The notes: a model not told the origin generated them from the letters alone. 64,000 bases of DNA from Octopus bimaculoides (GCF_001194135.2 NC_068995.1:38033426-38097425); one strand, 5' to 3'; shown: positions 1 to 13,126, numbered from the stretch's first letter. Translations and numbers: made by a program.

Positions 1-449
1 TATATACATACATACATACACACGCACACACACACACACGCACATAGATATATATATACATATGTATACATATGTATATACTGTTGTGTCTGGTGTGAAT
101 CATTTTCTCTTTGTATCTTATAATTTAACACACTCACCGGTAAAATTTCCACTTATTCTTTGCTCTTATTTTTCTAAAATTTTCGTTGCGTCTTGCAAAC
201 TTCTCAATTGTCCTAACTCTGTCCGTTATTTACACTGCCTTCATTTTTGTTTGCTTGTGCACAATTGTGTGAGTCATTTTGTGTGTGTGTGCCTATCCAT
301 GTATGCATGTATGTATGAATGTGTGTATGTATATATGTGTGTGTATGCATATGTATATATGTATTTGTGTGCATCAGTATGTATCTATTCTGCATATTCA
401 TGTTCTTGCATTTCGTGTTTGTGTATTTTTATGTATGTGTGTGTGAACG

Positions 450-858
450 TGTGTTTGTTTATGTATGCACCTCTGTCTCCCTGTGTGTGCATGTCTGTGC
501 GTGTGTGTTTTGCAACTATGTACCACGTTTGTATGTATGGATATGCATCTCCATATGTGTGGAAACGTGTCTCCGTATGTGTCCTTGTGTGAAGTAAAGT
601 GTGTGTGTATATATGGTCATGTGTTTCAGTCTAATAAAAAGGAAATATACATAATAGATATCACAGTTTACACAGGTGGAATAGATTAGTTAGTGGGCTG
701 TTATGTAGATTGATGTATGTATGTATGTGTGGAGGGAGGGGGTACATATGTGTATATGCACATGTATGTAAGCATATGGATATGAAAATAAACAGATCAA
801 CATAGAGACAAATAGGTACATAGGTTATATGAAGAGACAAGCACACATACGCAAATGG
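450..858. repeat. Paralogous CA/TG-rich segment shared with 63580-64000, with one half inverted
   Basis: 450-632 matches the reverse complement of 63812-64000; 633-858 matches 63580-63811 directly. Confidence 0.85.
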
Positions 859-1532
859 GGACAGAAACAAAGGAATGTCCCACTGGTCTGCACATACTTT
901 CTTTAATCTTTTCAAATACGTTACTTAATGCATGTGGCAGGGTATCGGTATATGAATATATGTGAGTGACAACTGAGTAAACGTCAGTTATCTGCCAAAA
1001 GGGTATATGATGTTATCTGGATATAGATGGAAAACTGCATGAGATGGGAGTGATGCCCATCCAGNNNNNNNNNNNNNNNNNNNNNNNNNNNNNNNNNNNN
1101 NNNNNNNNNNNNNNNNNNNNNNNNNNNNNNNNNNNNNNNNNNNNNNNNNNNNNNNNNNNNNNNNNNNNNNNNNNNNNNNNNNNNNNNNNNNNNNNNNNNN
1201 NNNNNNNNNNNNNNNNNNNNNNNNNNNNNNNNNNNNNNNNNNNNNNNNNNNNNNNNNNNNNNNNNNNNNNNNNNNNNNNNNNNNNNNNNNNNNNNNNNNN
1301 NNNNNNNNNNNNNNNNNNNNNNNNNNNNNNNNNNNNNNNNNNNNNNNNNNNNNNNNNNNNNNNNNNNNNNNNNNNNNNNNNNNNNNNNNNNNNNNNNNNN
1401 NNNNNNNNNNNNNNNNNNNNNNNNNNNNNNNNNNNNNNNNNNNNNNNNNNNNNNNNNNNNNNNNNNNNNNNNNNNNNNNNNNNNNNNNNNNNNNNNNNNN
1501 NNNNNNNNNNNNNNNNNNNNNNNNNNNNNNNN

Positions 1533-1566
<34 letters not shown>

Positions 1567-1641
1567 CAGTGAATAATTTCACTGGAAAACGTTATATATA
1601 TTTGCAAAGGAATATCTTTCGCATCGAAGGTCGGCGGTTGT

Positions 1642-1686
1642 CGTACGCTGAAGACGGGTAAATACCCAGAAACTCGAGTCTGTACG
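1642..1686 (+). ncRNA. Minimal type-I hammerhead ribozyme motif (Penelope-associated type)
   Basis: CGTACG-CTGAAGA-C-GGGT-AAAT-ACCC-A-GAAA-C-TCGA-GTC-TGTACG. Stem I is 6 bp (one G-U), stem II is 4 bp, stem III is palindromic (ACTCGAGT), and the cleavage triplet is GTC. One deviation: a C.A mismatch at position 10.1/11.1. Confidence 0.65.
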
Positions 1687-3348
1687 TATCGCAGATCGAG
1701 ATGGGAAGGATGACTTCCCTTTGATAATATAGACAGGACACATGTGTGTCAATAGCCAGCTGGAGGAGATGTTCTCCTGGGGCTAAAAGCAACAGTAACA
1801 TCCACCCTTAACATTTCTAGTTATGTCCGTTCAAATTTATTTGTGATTTCAGGTGACGTGCACTACTATAAGTTCCTGCTGCAGACGTAAAAAAAAAATT
1901 AACAGAATTATGTATAAAACGTTTGGATTTGCAAATTAGATTAAATGAAATGAGATTATTTATTGTCATTTCCTGTTTTGTTTTGGAATCTCTTTGTTCT
2001 TTACTTTTATTCAGATTATATTTTCACACAATTTCCAGTATATCACTGCAAGAGACAAAATCAGATCCCGGACTTTCAGTGTCATTTTAGATCCGTTGAT
2101 TGTCACCTCTCATAAAACAAGGTAGTCTATCAAGTAGCACATGACAAGTTCAAAGTTATGTAGAGTACTTATGTAGAGTACTTGATGGAGAGATAAGAAC
2201 CGAAACTGGAGAGCTCATCACTAATTTTCCCCTGTAATTTTTGTAAAGTGTTTGTAGAAGAAATTGTACAGCATGCAGCCGTTTGCAAGTTCAGTATATG
2301 GGATGTTTTTTGTTTTGCTGAGCCTGTGAAAATTTCAGACTGTACTGAACATTTTGAAATTTGGTTTATTGATATAATATTCTACGCCGAACCTATGGCA
2401 ATATTTCACTTTTTTCAGAAGATGTTTTAAAAAGTTATAGAGCTTTAAAGTTTGATGAGTTTTACCTAGTCAGAAAACATAATTTGGAAGCACGTGAAAT
2501 AACAGCGGAATTCTGCTTTACGTACACCATATAAACCTTCGGAACTTATTGTTTTGAATTTTCAGAAAACTTTTGTGAATTTCTATTCTACACACGAGAA
2601 TTCATATGATTATGAAAGAACCAGAACAAAAACATTGGGAATGCGTGATTTAAGGCCTATTTAGCTGTTATGTTTATCACCTCTCACAGCCACCTAAATG
2701 AGTAAAACATATTTGTCAACACTTGCTCTCTTGCAGACAAAAGATTTCTCATGATTGGCTTGTTACTATGGAAATAGGCATCAATGTGTCTGTTGCTTAC
2801 AACTGGCCAAATTTGCACATTTATGGCGAAAATGAATTTATGTCAATGATTAGCCTATAAAATGACATCATTAAACCAAATATAAAGTCAAAAGTCAATT
2901 GGAACAGAAATTGTAGAAATTGAAGAGTGTCAGCCAAACAGAAAAGATCCAGTACATATTTCACTCTCTCATATACTTTTCCACCTTACAATTGTAGGCA
3001 GGTAGGACAAGCATGAAATTATTAATGTGTTAAAAACTTTTACTTTCATTACTGTAAGTAGATGCTAATCAAAATGAAAGGCTTTCGTTTTAATTGAAAT
3101 ACGTTTACGATTTTTTAACATATCTCAATTGTCAAGATTCTGACTTATAGACATACACATGCAGATGATAAAACGGACAAATAAGTGAATAATCTCATTT
3201 TCTCTTCTTTCATATTTATTTCATTATTAATTTTTTGTAATTTATGCCAAGCTATAATGGATTTAGGAAATAACATTTAGTGACCTGGTCATGAATATTG
3301 AATAAATCTTACAGACATAATAGGTAAATAATTTTATTTCACTTTATT

Positions 3349-4372
3349 CTATACTAGCAGTATAACCCGGCGCTGCTCGGGATTAAGCTAGGATTATTAA
3401 ATGATTAAGTCCTTTATTTCAAACCAAAATAAGTAACATCGACATCAGATTTGAGCGAAATCCGTTGAAATTGGTTTGGCTGAAAATGGTTTGCTGGCAA
3501 TTTGATTGGGAAATTCCATAAGGAATCAGTTTATTGGTTATTTTCACTTATTGATTCTTTTTTAAAATGTTGCATTAGAGATCTGCATAGGAGAAGGTTG
3601 ATCTGAAGGTTTGCATTGGGGATCTGGATTGGAGTAACTTAGGAAAGCTTACCAACAACCTTAACCAAAAAATAAGGAGCCTGTCCCTTCTATGTTAACT
3701 CTNNNNNNNNNNNNNNNNNNNNNNNNNNNNNNNNNNNNNNNNNNNNNNNNNNNNNNNNNNNNNNNNNNNNNNNNNNNNNNNNNNNNNNNNNNNNNNNNNN
3801 NNNNNNNNNNNNNNNNNNNNNNNNNNNNNNNNNNNNNNNNNNNNNNNNNNNNNNNNNNNNNNNNNNNNNNNNNNNNNNNNNNNNNNNNNNNNNNNNNNNN
3901 NNNNNNNNNNNNNNNNNNNNNNNNNNNNNNNNNNNNNNNNNNNNNNNNNNNNNNNNNNNNNNNNNNNNNNNNNNNNNNNNNNNNNNNNNNNNNNNNNNNN
4001 NNNNNNNNNNNNNNNNNNNNNNNNNNNNNNNNNNNNNNNNNNNNNNNNNNNNNNNNNNNNNNNTCTTTCTCTCTCTTTCTTTCTTTCTCCTTCTCTTTCT
4101 TTCTTTCTCTCTCTCTTGCTCGCTCTCTCCTTCACGCACGTACGCAAAGATTTGACTTCGCCATGTCAACAAACTTCAAAATTGGTAAAAGTTTCTCGAT
4201 TTTTACAGCTATACGCGGGTGCCTCTGTGAGAAAAAGTTGACAAAAACACAGATAGGGTCATGAACAATGTCCTCCTAAAATTGGAGCGATATGCGTGCT
4301 AATTTGTGGACGTGCATAACCCACATCACGTACACACACACACAAACATCTTGTGTTTTATAGATATTGATT
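3349..4372. mobile_element. Helentron/DINE-like non-autonomous element (HINE-type), gap-interrupted
   Basis: Begins ctatactagcagtataaCCCGgcgctgctCGGG (short hairpin); internal (TC)n; ends cacacacaaacatcttgtgttttatagatatt. Architecture resembles Lep1/DINE-type elements. Confidence 0.45.
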
Positions 4373-6012
4373 ACATTTGAATTCATGCAAACGACACTTA
4401 AAGAAGAAAGTTTATAAAAAATATTTAGTTATCCTTAAAATTCTTAATCTGAGTTGAAACCAGTACATATATGATTGGTTGCCATACATTATATTTCCAA
4501 AATATGCACAAACATTAAATGGTAATACGCTTTGAAATTAGAAAAAAAAAAAAACTTCCAGTGCAGTTTCTATGTTCCCTGTATTTCCGTTTGATATATA
4601 TCTAGACAGATACACATATACATGTGTGTATCTGTGAATATAGAAATATGTTCAAAAGCGATAGCTTAAAGAGCTTGCCTAGAGTGAATTATTGATTATA
4701 AGTTTGTTAACTGTTGCTTCAAAGTTCAGCTGAATTGAGTTTATTCAAACTCTACATAAATAAAATATTAGTTGGATATATACGTAACATTGAAGTTATC
4801 GAGTAGATGTTGGAATTTGTCAAAGTAGGAAAGGAGAGTCAAATAATCGGCTGATCTGTTGGTTGAATGAATGCAGGTGGTGGGAATTTAATCTCTGTGG
4901 AGATGGTTAGAAGAAGGTAGAAAGTATTTGTTGGTGTAGTAGCAAAATTTTGTTAGGAAAATTGAGGATGTGATACTCAATGATTTAACACAGAAATAAC
5001 GAGAAAATTACAGCAAAGCTGTGTGATAGTGGTGTCAGACATAGCATGCAGCCCATCATATAATTGTTTCATATCGTGTTTTTATTCTTCCCTTCCTTTA
5101 TACGAATTCAGTGTGCACATATGCATTGCTTGTTTGTACTTCTCTTTACGGTTCCTACTCAAAACTGTTTACATATCACGACCATCTCATAAACCTGCGT
5201 TAGGGAAGAACGCTTCACGTTCTAATGTTTGCGACTAAAGTTCGAATGTAACACTAGAACCTGTGTATTGAAGGAGGTTGTCATTTGTTATACTGCAGAA
5301 TATCAGCAAGAAGACTGGGGTTGGCCTGCTAGAATATTTTCTTAAATTATGAATCATGTTAGTATTTATAACTGTGAAGCTATAGATTATGTGAGAAAAG
5401 AAGGCTTCTTTTTGCAAGTTCCTTCATAAGTCCCACTACGTTGTTTTAAAAAACTAACATGTGATCTTGGAGTAATCAGTATCTTAACGTTAAATTGTAT
5501 CCTTGGGAAATAATTGAAGCTTGTTCTAAATTCTATCTTCACACGAAATATTCTCTGGTCCTTTAACAAAAATATATGTCAAATGCTTGAATTTTCCTCG
5601 CATCTGGGGTGGATTGCTCCACGCAAGTGTAAGTTGATCAGAGCCTCAAATAAAGATAATTGAAATACAAAACCATTTTGCGGTCTGAAAAATATATTTA
5701 ATGTCGTGACTAAACACTGAACGGAATGGTTACCTTGTGCGCAGTGTTACAATAGTCAGTTGAAAAGAAATCGAGTCAAAAAAGTTTAGATTGTCAACTG
5801 AAATAAGAAAAATCAACTCCATTCAGCTGCCATAGTTTAAACTCACAATTAAGCAAAACCTGTTCGAAATACAACCAACAGTCAGAAATACCAATAGTCA
5901 GATTCTGACAAACTAAGGCACAATATCTCGTTCCTCGATGCCAACATCATCATTTAGGTATGGAAAAGTAAGATTTCACAAATCAATCCAAGTAAGCTGC
6001 CAAGCTAATAAA

Positions 6013-6750
6013 TCACAGTGGAACACGATCTGGTCGTGACTCTCTGAAGCCGTGACAAATTAGTATGACGTCTTGCAGTTCGAAACCTGCTTTATCCTTT
6101 GGATTTGGAGCAAACATTGGAATGTCACCTCCAAATCTCCCGTCAACCGTTTGCAGGAAGGCGCCTTCGAACAGAAATTCCTCTCCATTGAGTACATCAA
6201 GCTGAGCAATGTAATGTAGAAATCGTGATTTGCCAGCGCATTTGAGAAACACAAAGTGACCTTCAATGATATCCAAGAGTAGTCGGTTGAAATTAGTAGC
6301 ACGTCCCAAAAATGTCACTTCTGGAATTCTTATTGCCAGTTCTGTTGCGTCTTGAAGCCTAACCGACACTCTTGGCCTGCTTCATTATCACGATTCCAGC
6401 CGGATGACACAACAAGGTTGTTTCTTTTAGCTGCCCATATGTCAGTGAACACCAACTCCTCACCGACAAACTGCGACACGTATCTGCCAACTGTTTCAAG
6501 TAATCAGCTCCACATTTCTCCATGCCGTGAGGAAACACCAATCGTCACAAGATCATGGGAGATTTAGCAATCCTTTATTGTCTATATCTCTTTCCAATAT
6601 ATCGCTTAAGTGTCATTCGATGGATGGCAAAACCCTTAGTCGCACTCCGCACACTCTTTCCACCTGCAATAATATCAACCCCTCATTCAATACCATCATG
6701 GGGAGTTTGTCCGTAATTTGTCTTTCGCATGTTGTTTACGCGTTTCTCAT
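6013..6750 (-). mobile_element. Decayed pogo/Tigger-like (CENP-B/Tc5-type) transposase remnant
   Basis: Minus-strand reading across stops and frameshifts: RKTNYGQTPHD..GGKSVRSATKGFAIHRMTLKRYI (HTH_psq-like), VFPHGMEKCGADYLKQLAD (second HTH-like), LAIRIPEVTFLGRATNFNR (pogo-like R.PE.TS.GRA..FNR linker). Confidence 0.75.
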
Positions 6751-6982
6751 GTGCTTCTGAAAAAAAGAAAAAAAATGAATATTAAATGCGTTGTATATGT
6801 TAACGAAAGTTCACTTCAAAACATTTTATTTTCTTAAACGCTATGAGTTAAATTGGATTTATTGGAGTTATTCTCTCGTTCTATCAATGCAGTTAGTCCT
6901 CTAGGCGTTCTCGCAGCTACCAGACATCACACGTATTATTCGTGGTGATTTTCCAATTGGTCTTATCATAAGCCATAGCTCA

Positions 6983-7049
<67 letters not shown>

Positions 7050-7070
7050 ATAATAATAATAATAATAATA
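6983..7070. repeat. Compound microsatellite (CTA)n(TAA)n
   Basis: Read directly from the sequence. Confidence 0.98.
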
Positions 7071-7074
7071 CTTG

Positions 7075-7490
7075 TTAAAATAGATGAGCTACAGCAAATA
7101 TTCTGCTCAATACTACAAATTTGCTTGTCAGTTTTTTTTTACCTTAACCAGTCGAGTAATCTCTGAGCACGAGCAGAGGTTGTGGGGTGGGGGTGGGGGG
7201 TAGCATCATAGCCATTTCTTGAGAGGAATTCTTTAGGATTTTAATAATCCACCACATGGGTGTTTCGTGCAACATCCATAATCAACCCTGATTCAGAGAC
7301 CTTTTGAACGGGATGTGCCTCTCGACCTGAAGAAAAATCTAGCTGGGCTGCACCTGCGAGGTCGCGCGCTGTTTATCTTGATATGAGATCACCATATCGT
7401 GCACATAAGTTTGTGATGTATGTTCCTGGTATACTCATATCAGACAGGTAGTGATGATGCGTATATGTGGCTTCGTATATATTGCTGCTG
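7075..7490 (+). mobile_element. Interspersed repeat family A (about 550-bp full unit, TAA-array associated), 5'-truncated copy
   Basis: Collinear with 44752-45308 (gctacagcaaatattctg, agcatcatagcc, gctgtttatcttgatatgagatcacc). Confidence 0.85.
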
Positions 7491-7611
7491 TTACGGCCGT
7501 TTTGAGCATTTTAAGAGTGAATCTGTAATGTTGCCTACGTACAGCTAAATGGTATTAAATATTGAGTTCAAATTTTAGCGCACTTTCAGGAATAGGAGAA
7601 ATTGGCTAAGT

Positions 7612-7748
7612 TTTCAACTGGTACTTATTTTAACGACCCCGAAGGATAAAAGACAAAGTCGACCTCGGTAAAATTTGAACTCGGAACGTGTGGACGGACA
7701 AAATGCCGTTAAGCATTTTTCCTTCACGTGCTACCAGCTCGCCGCCTT
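7612..7748 (-). mobile_element. SINE family 1 (tRNA-derived, cephalopod type)
   Basis: Reverse complement reads aaggcggcgagctgg..gagttcaaatttt..gaggtcgactttg..ggggtcg; same family as 10599-10800 and 21234-21418. Confidence 0.8.
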
Positions 7749-8504
7749 AGTGGCATTAAATATTCGCAGTTAAATGCTTTCATAACGATAACACAATACT
7801 GATGTGTGTGTTTTTAGTGACGAGCATTTAGAGGCTGGTTCATAAAGATCGTATATAGTCTATCATGTATCACGCGTTCAGGCTAAACACATGCGAATAA
7901 TTACTGCTACATAAGTTTATTATTCATTAATCGACAATTAGTGAACATTAGTTATTGCGGTACGGTGTTGTTATAATATCTTTGTATGGAGTAATGCTCC
8001 CGATAATACTTTCATTGATTTTATATCGGAATTACATGATAATAGAAATTTATTAGCAAAAATACACAGTTTTACGACTGTAATGATTTTTTTTCATTTC
8101 CGTTTAATAACATAATTCTCAATACATATAGGCAAATTAAGAGCCTGCTCTAAAAGCTAAGTTTTCATAATGTATATAATCGTCTCTCTTCAAGGAGTGT
8201 TGCATTGTTATCACATGTGTTTGTAATTTATCGTCATTATTATTCACGTTTCATTTGAGACTAAGTTTTCAGAAAGCATCTTAGAAAGACAACGATTTTC
8301 ACATCGATCACTCCAATGGTGCATGTCTTATGTGCATGTATTATGTATGAAGGCAAACACATATAGACATACATACAAAAATAATACACATAATCATACG
8401 TACATATAAATACATACATATACGTATATAAACATACATATGCATACACATACTTACACACATGTATATATGCATCTCTCTCCCTCTCTCCCTCTCTCTC
8501 TCTG

Positions 8505-8536
<32 letters not shown>

Positions 8537-10278
8537 CTATAAGATAGATAGAAAGAGAGAGAGTGAGATTGAAAACTATAGATAGATAGAGATATGTACA
8601 CACGCGTCCACGCACACCGATACACTGAGATACATCGGTATAAAGTAGATACAGTCTCAGTTGCGGAGCATTCCCTTCAGCCATCAACTGGAAATCACAA
8701 TGATATGGGCATATGTTTCTTTCAACATGTTCTCCAAACACTCATAATAACAAGAAATGTCTGGATTTCGTAGGTGCACACTACAGCATGCGCTTCATCT
8801 CCGTTATCAATTCAGCAACGACACGAAACACTGTGTATCGTGAAAGGACACCAAACACATTAGAAGTTCAGTTTCTTTACCGAGACTTTAGGTTTATTCT
8901 TCATATATTTTGACATATTCATGACTGATAAAGCAATTTTTAGGTTCGTTCTCCAATTACTGATTCACTACAGCGTTGTTTCTGAAGTCTTTTACATGAA
9001 ACATAGAACATAGTGGTTGGAGATTAAAGAAATATCATCGCGTTATCATATGTATAGAAAGCACTCTAAAAGTATTTCTCCGCTGAACTTTGACAAGTAA
9101 GTCCACAAATTTATTTATATTCTATGTATTTATTCATTAGCCAAAGCTGGCCACATTAAAATCAATGCCGCTGCAATTTTTGTACGAACCACTGCATTTG
9201 ACAGACAAAAAATAGATGAATATTTAAAATATAGTCAGATCTACTACATTTTTCGTACATTTACACACCCTCTGCTTTAAAGTTTACAGTATATATATAT
9301 ATATNNNNNNNNNNNNNNNNNNNNNNNNNNNNNNNNNNNNNNNNNNNNNNNNNNNNNNNNNNNNNNNNNNNNNNNNNNNNNNNNNNNNNNNNNNNNNNNN
9401 NNNNNNNNNNNNNNNNNNNNNNNNNNNNNNNNNNNNNNNNNNNNNNNNNNNNNNNNNNNNNNNNNNNNNNNNNNNNNNNNNNNNNNNNNNNNNNNNNNNN
9501 NNNNNNNNNNNNNNNNNNNNNNNNNNNNNNNNNNNNNNNNNNNNNNNNNNNNNNNNNNNNNNNNNNNNNNNNNNNNNNNNNNNNNNNNNNNNNNNNNNNN
9601 NNNNNNNNNNNNNNNNNNNNNNNNNNNNNNNNNNNNNNNNNNNNNNNNNNNNNNNNNNNNNNNNNNNNNNNNNNNNNNNNNNNNNNNNNNNNNNNNNNNN
9701 NNNNNNNNNNNNNNNNNNNNNNNNNNNNNNNNNNNNNNNNNNNNNNNNNNNNNNNNNNNNNNNNNNNNNNNNNNNNNNNNNNNNNNNNNNNNNNNNNNNN
9801 NNNNNNNNNNNNNNNNNNNNNNNNNNNNNNNNNNNNNNNNNNNNNNNNNNNNNNNNNNNNNNNNNNNNNNNNNNNNNNNNNNNNNNNNNNNNNNNNNNNN
9901 NNNNNNNNNNNNNNNNNNNNNNNNNNNNNNNNNNNNNNNNNNNNNNNNNNNNNNNNNNNNNNNNNNNNNNNNNNNNNNNNNNNNNNNNNNNNNNNNNNNN
10001 NNNNNNNNNNNNNNNNNNNNNNNNNNNNNNNNNNNNNNNNNNNNNNNNNNNNNNNNNNNNNNNNNNNNNNNNNNNNNNNNNNNNNNNNNNNNNNATATAT
10101 TTATGAAGCAAGTAAACGTGTTGATGTGTTTGCTGCATAAATAATGAATGTAACGTGATCAAGATTTGATTGATAGATTTAGGTCTCAGATTGTAAAGGA
10201 TATTTTTGTTGAAGCAATGCAAAGTGACTTCTCAGGTATATTTTTCGTTCTTTAACAATATTGAATATAGAGATAATA

Positions 10279-10425
10279 GGCGCGGGAGTGTGTGTAGTAA
10301 GTAGCTTATGTAGCAACCGCATGGTTCCGGGTATAGTCCCACTGAATGGCACCTTGGATAAGTGTTGTCTACTAAAGCCTTGTGAGTGAATTTGGTAGAG
10401 GGAAACTGAAAGAAGCCCGTTGTAT
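10279..10425 (+). mobile_element. SINE family 2, 5' (tRNA-like) half followed by (TA)n(TG)n
   Basis: ggcgcgggagtg..ggttccgggtatagtcccactg..gccttgtgagtgaatttggtag..gaaactgaaagaagcccg; matches the reverse complement of 61597-61757. Confidence 0.85.
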
Positions 10426-10464
10426 ATATATATATATATATATAGATATGTCACATAGATATAC

Positions 10465-10554
<90 letters not shown>

Positions 10555-10598
10555 AAATATATATATATACATTTATATTTTGATATTTCGCTTAGGAA

Positions 10599-10800
10599 AA
10601 GGTGGCAAGCTTGCAGAATCGTTACCATGGCGGGCAAATTTCTTGGCAAAATTTTGTCTGTCTTTATGTTCTGGGTTCAAATTTCGCTATCCTTATTTTG
10701 GGGTCGATAAAATAAGTATCAGCTGAGCACTGTGTCGATGTATTCGACTTACCTTCTCCCCCGAAACTTGCTGACCTTGTGCCAAAATTTGAAACCAATA
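10599..10800 (+). mobile_element. SINE family 1
   Basis: aaggtggcaagcttgcagaatcgtta..ggggtcgataaaataagta..gaccttgtgccaaaatttgaaacc. Confidence 0.8.
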
Positions 10801-11714
10801 TTTCGCTTGGGAATTGCGGTGCTAATAACCTGGTGTTTGAATTCAATGTACATATGCTTTAGAACGAAAGGGAAGTCAAATAAATAAGAAACCGAAATGA
10901 AAAAAATTAATAAATAATTATATTATGAACTTGTTTAACTTACACCTGTTTCTGCTATAAATTCCGATGCAATAATAATTTATATTTATATATACATAAG
11001 TGCGTATGTATATAGACTATCAAGCACGACATATAATTAAGGAGAATATTAGAATTACATAAGCAAGTGATGTTGTTTAGCACCTGGTCTATATTAATCC
11101 ATGTCTCTATGCAGACTACTTTAAATAGAAATATTTATTATAAAATTAATCTTACATTCAAAGGAGAATTTAATGTGATTCACACAGGTTGAAAGCTATT
11201 TGTAGTAGTCCTAGTAATCACGTATTGGGGCCACTTGGTTGTAAAATATGTATATATATATCCACTCTTGAACTCTTTTTCAGACAAGTAGTAACATACA
11301 TAACTATATAATTATAGGTAGTATTATGTCTGAAATAAACGGACAAAAGAATGGGGTTTTCTCCGTTTCCTTTGCAAATTTGTTTTCCTATCCTTTCTTC
11401 TTTTTCTTTTATATCTATCTTAATTTAGTGCAAAACTTAGGATTCTGAATATATGTGTGTATACATAAACCCACATCAATGTGGTGTTTTCTCGTCTACG
11501 TTTTGTTTGCAATGTCCTGTACCCAGATATGCACCTATACATACAGGTGGATGTCGGTATGCACATACCTGTACGTATATATGCATATACTCATTTACCA
11601 TTTGTTTTTACATGACTTGAACGCAGCGTCTCCAATTGTAAGTAGTTTTCGTAAACGTATATCTTCCGACGCTACTCTATCTCTTTCTCTTTCTCTTTCT
11701 CTTCCTCTATCTTT

Positions 11715-11812
11715 TTCCCCCTCTCGTTCTTCCTCTTTACTACTACGTATCTCGCTTTACCCTTCTCGTTCTTCCTCTGTTACTACTACGTATCTCTTTT
11801 TCCCCCTCGTAC
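11715..11812. repeat. About 42-bp pyrimidine-rich minisatellite running into a gap
   Basis: Two copies of ctcgttcttcctct..tactactacgtatctc. Confidence 0.7.
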
Positions 11813-12449
11813 NNNNNNNNNNNNNNNNNNNNNNNNNNNNNNNNNNNNNNNNNNNNNNNNNNNNNNNNNNNNNNNNNNNNNNNNNNNNNNNNNNNNNNNN
11901 NNNNNNNNNNNNNNNNNNNNNNNNNNNNNNNNNNNNNNNNNNNNNNNNNNNNNNNNNNNNNNNNNNNNNNNNNNNNNNNNNNNNNNNNNNNNNNNNNNNN
12001 NNNNNNNNNNNNNNNNNNNNNNNNNNNNNNNNNNNNNNNNNNNNNNNNNNNNNNNNNNNNNNNNNNNNNNNNNNNNNNNNNNNNNNNNNNNNNNNNNNNN
12101 NNNNNNNNNNNNNNNNNNNNNNNNNNNNNNNNNNNNNNNNNNNNNNNNNNNNNNNNNNNNNNNNNNNNNNNNNNNNNNNNNNNNNNNNNNNNNNNNNNNN
12201 NNNNNNNNNNNNNNNNNNNNNNNNNNNNNNNNNNNNNNNNNNNNNNNNNNNNNNNNNNNNNNNNNNNNNNNNNNNNNNNNNNNNNNNNNNNNNNNNNNNN
12301 NNNNNNNNNNNNNNNNNNNNNNNNNNNNNNNNNNNNNNNNNNNNNNNNNNNNNNNNNNNNNNNNNNNNNNNNNNNNNNNNNNNNNNNNNNNNNNNNNNNN
12401 NNNNNNNNNNNNNNNNNNNNNNNNNNNNNNNNNNNNNNNNNNNNNNNNN

Positions 12450-12495
<46 letters not shown>

Positions 12496-12929
12496 TGTGT
12501 GTGTGTAGTTACAATATAGTTAAACATGCGTGTGTACAAAAATAAATAATAAGGTTAATATATTTTAAACCATTATAAACGTTAGATCCAAAGATGTCTA
12601 GAGTTAAGGTGTCTCTCGGACCCATTTGTCTGCCTTTTTAAATGTAAATGACCGCCTATGACTTATTTTAATTTTATATTCTATGACAGTAAAATATAAT
12701 TCTTAACCTTCGTGTTCTGTACTATTCTTGATTGCCAGTTTCATGCCACAGTTTAATAAATCAGTGCCTTTGACTGTAACTTCACTTGTCTGAGGATCAC
12801 TCGATTACACGACCAATCTGGTTCGCTGTTTTACTTTGTTTTAAATATTACCCGATAAACCGTGAGAATTTCATATCTTGCACAATTGCCAAAAATCCTA
12901 AATCGATTGCTTTGTTCAATTATTGATGT

Positions 12930-12961
<32 letters not shown>

Positions 12962-13126
12962 ACACGCACAAACATATCTGCGTATATTCATATATATATG
13001 TTTGAATGTTTATAATATATATACCTATATATGTATATGTTTATGTATATATTATATATACGCATACATATGCATACGTACGTACGCACGTAGGTACGTA
13101 CGTACGTACCTACCTACCTACATACA

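Noticed and set aside
62-689. 176-aa and other ORFs rich in C/V/Y/M/H/T (also near 8.3, 10.2-10.7, 13.0, 36.0, 40.0 and 63.3 kb)
   Set aside because: Translations of degenerate (TG)n/(TA)n/(TACA)n microsatellites, not proteins
7183-7200. G-run tract ggggtgggggtgggggg
   Set aside because: Only three G-runs, inside a repeat copy, and not present in the other copies
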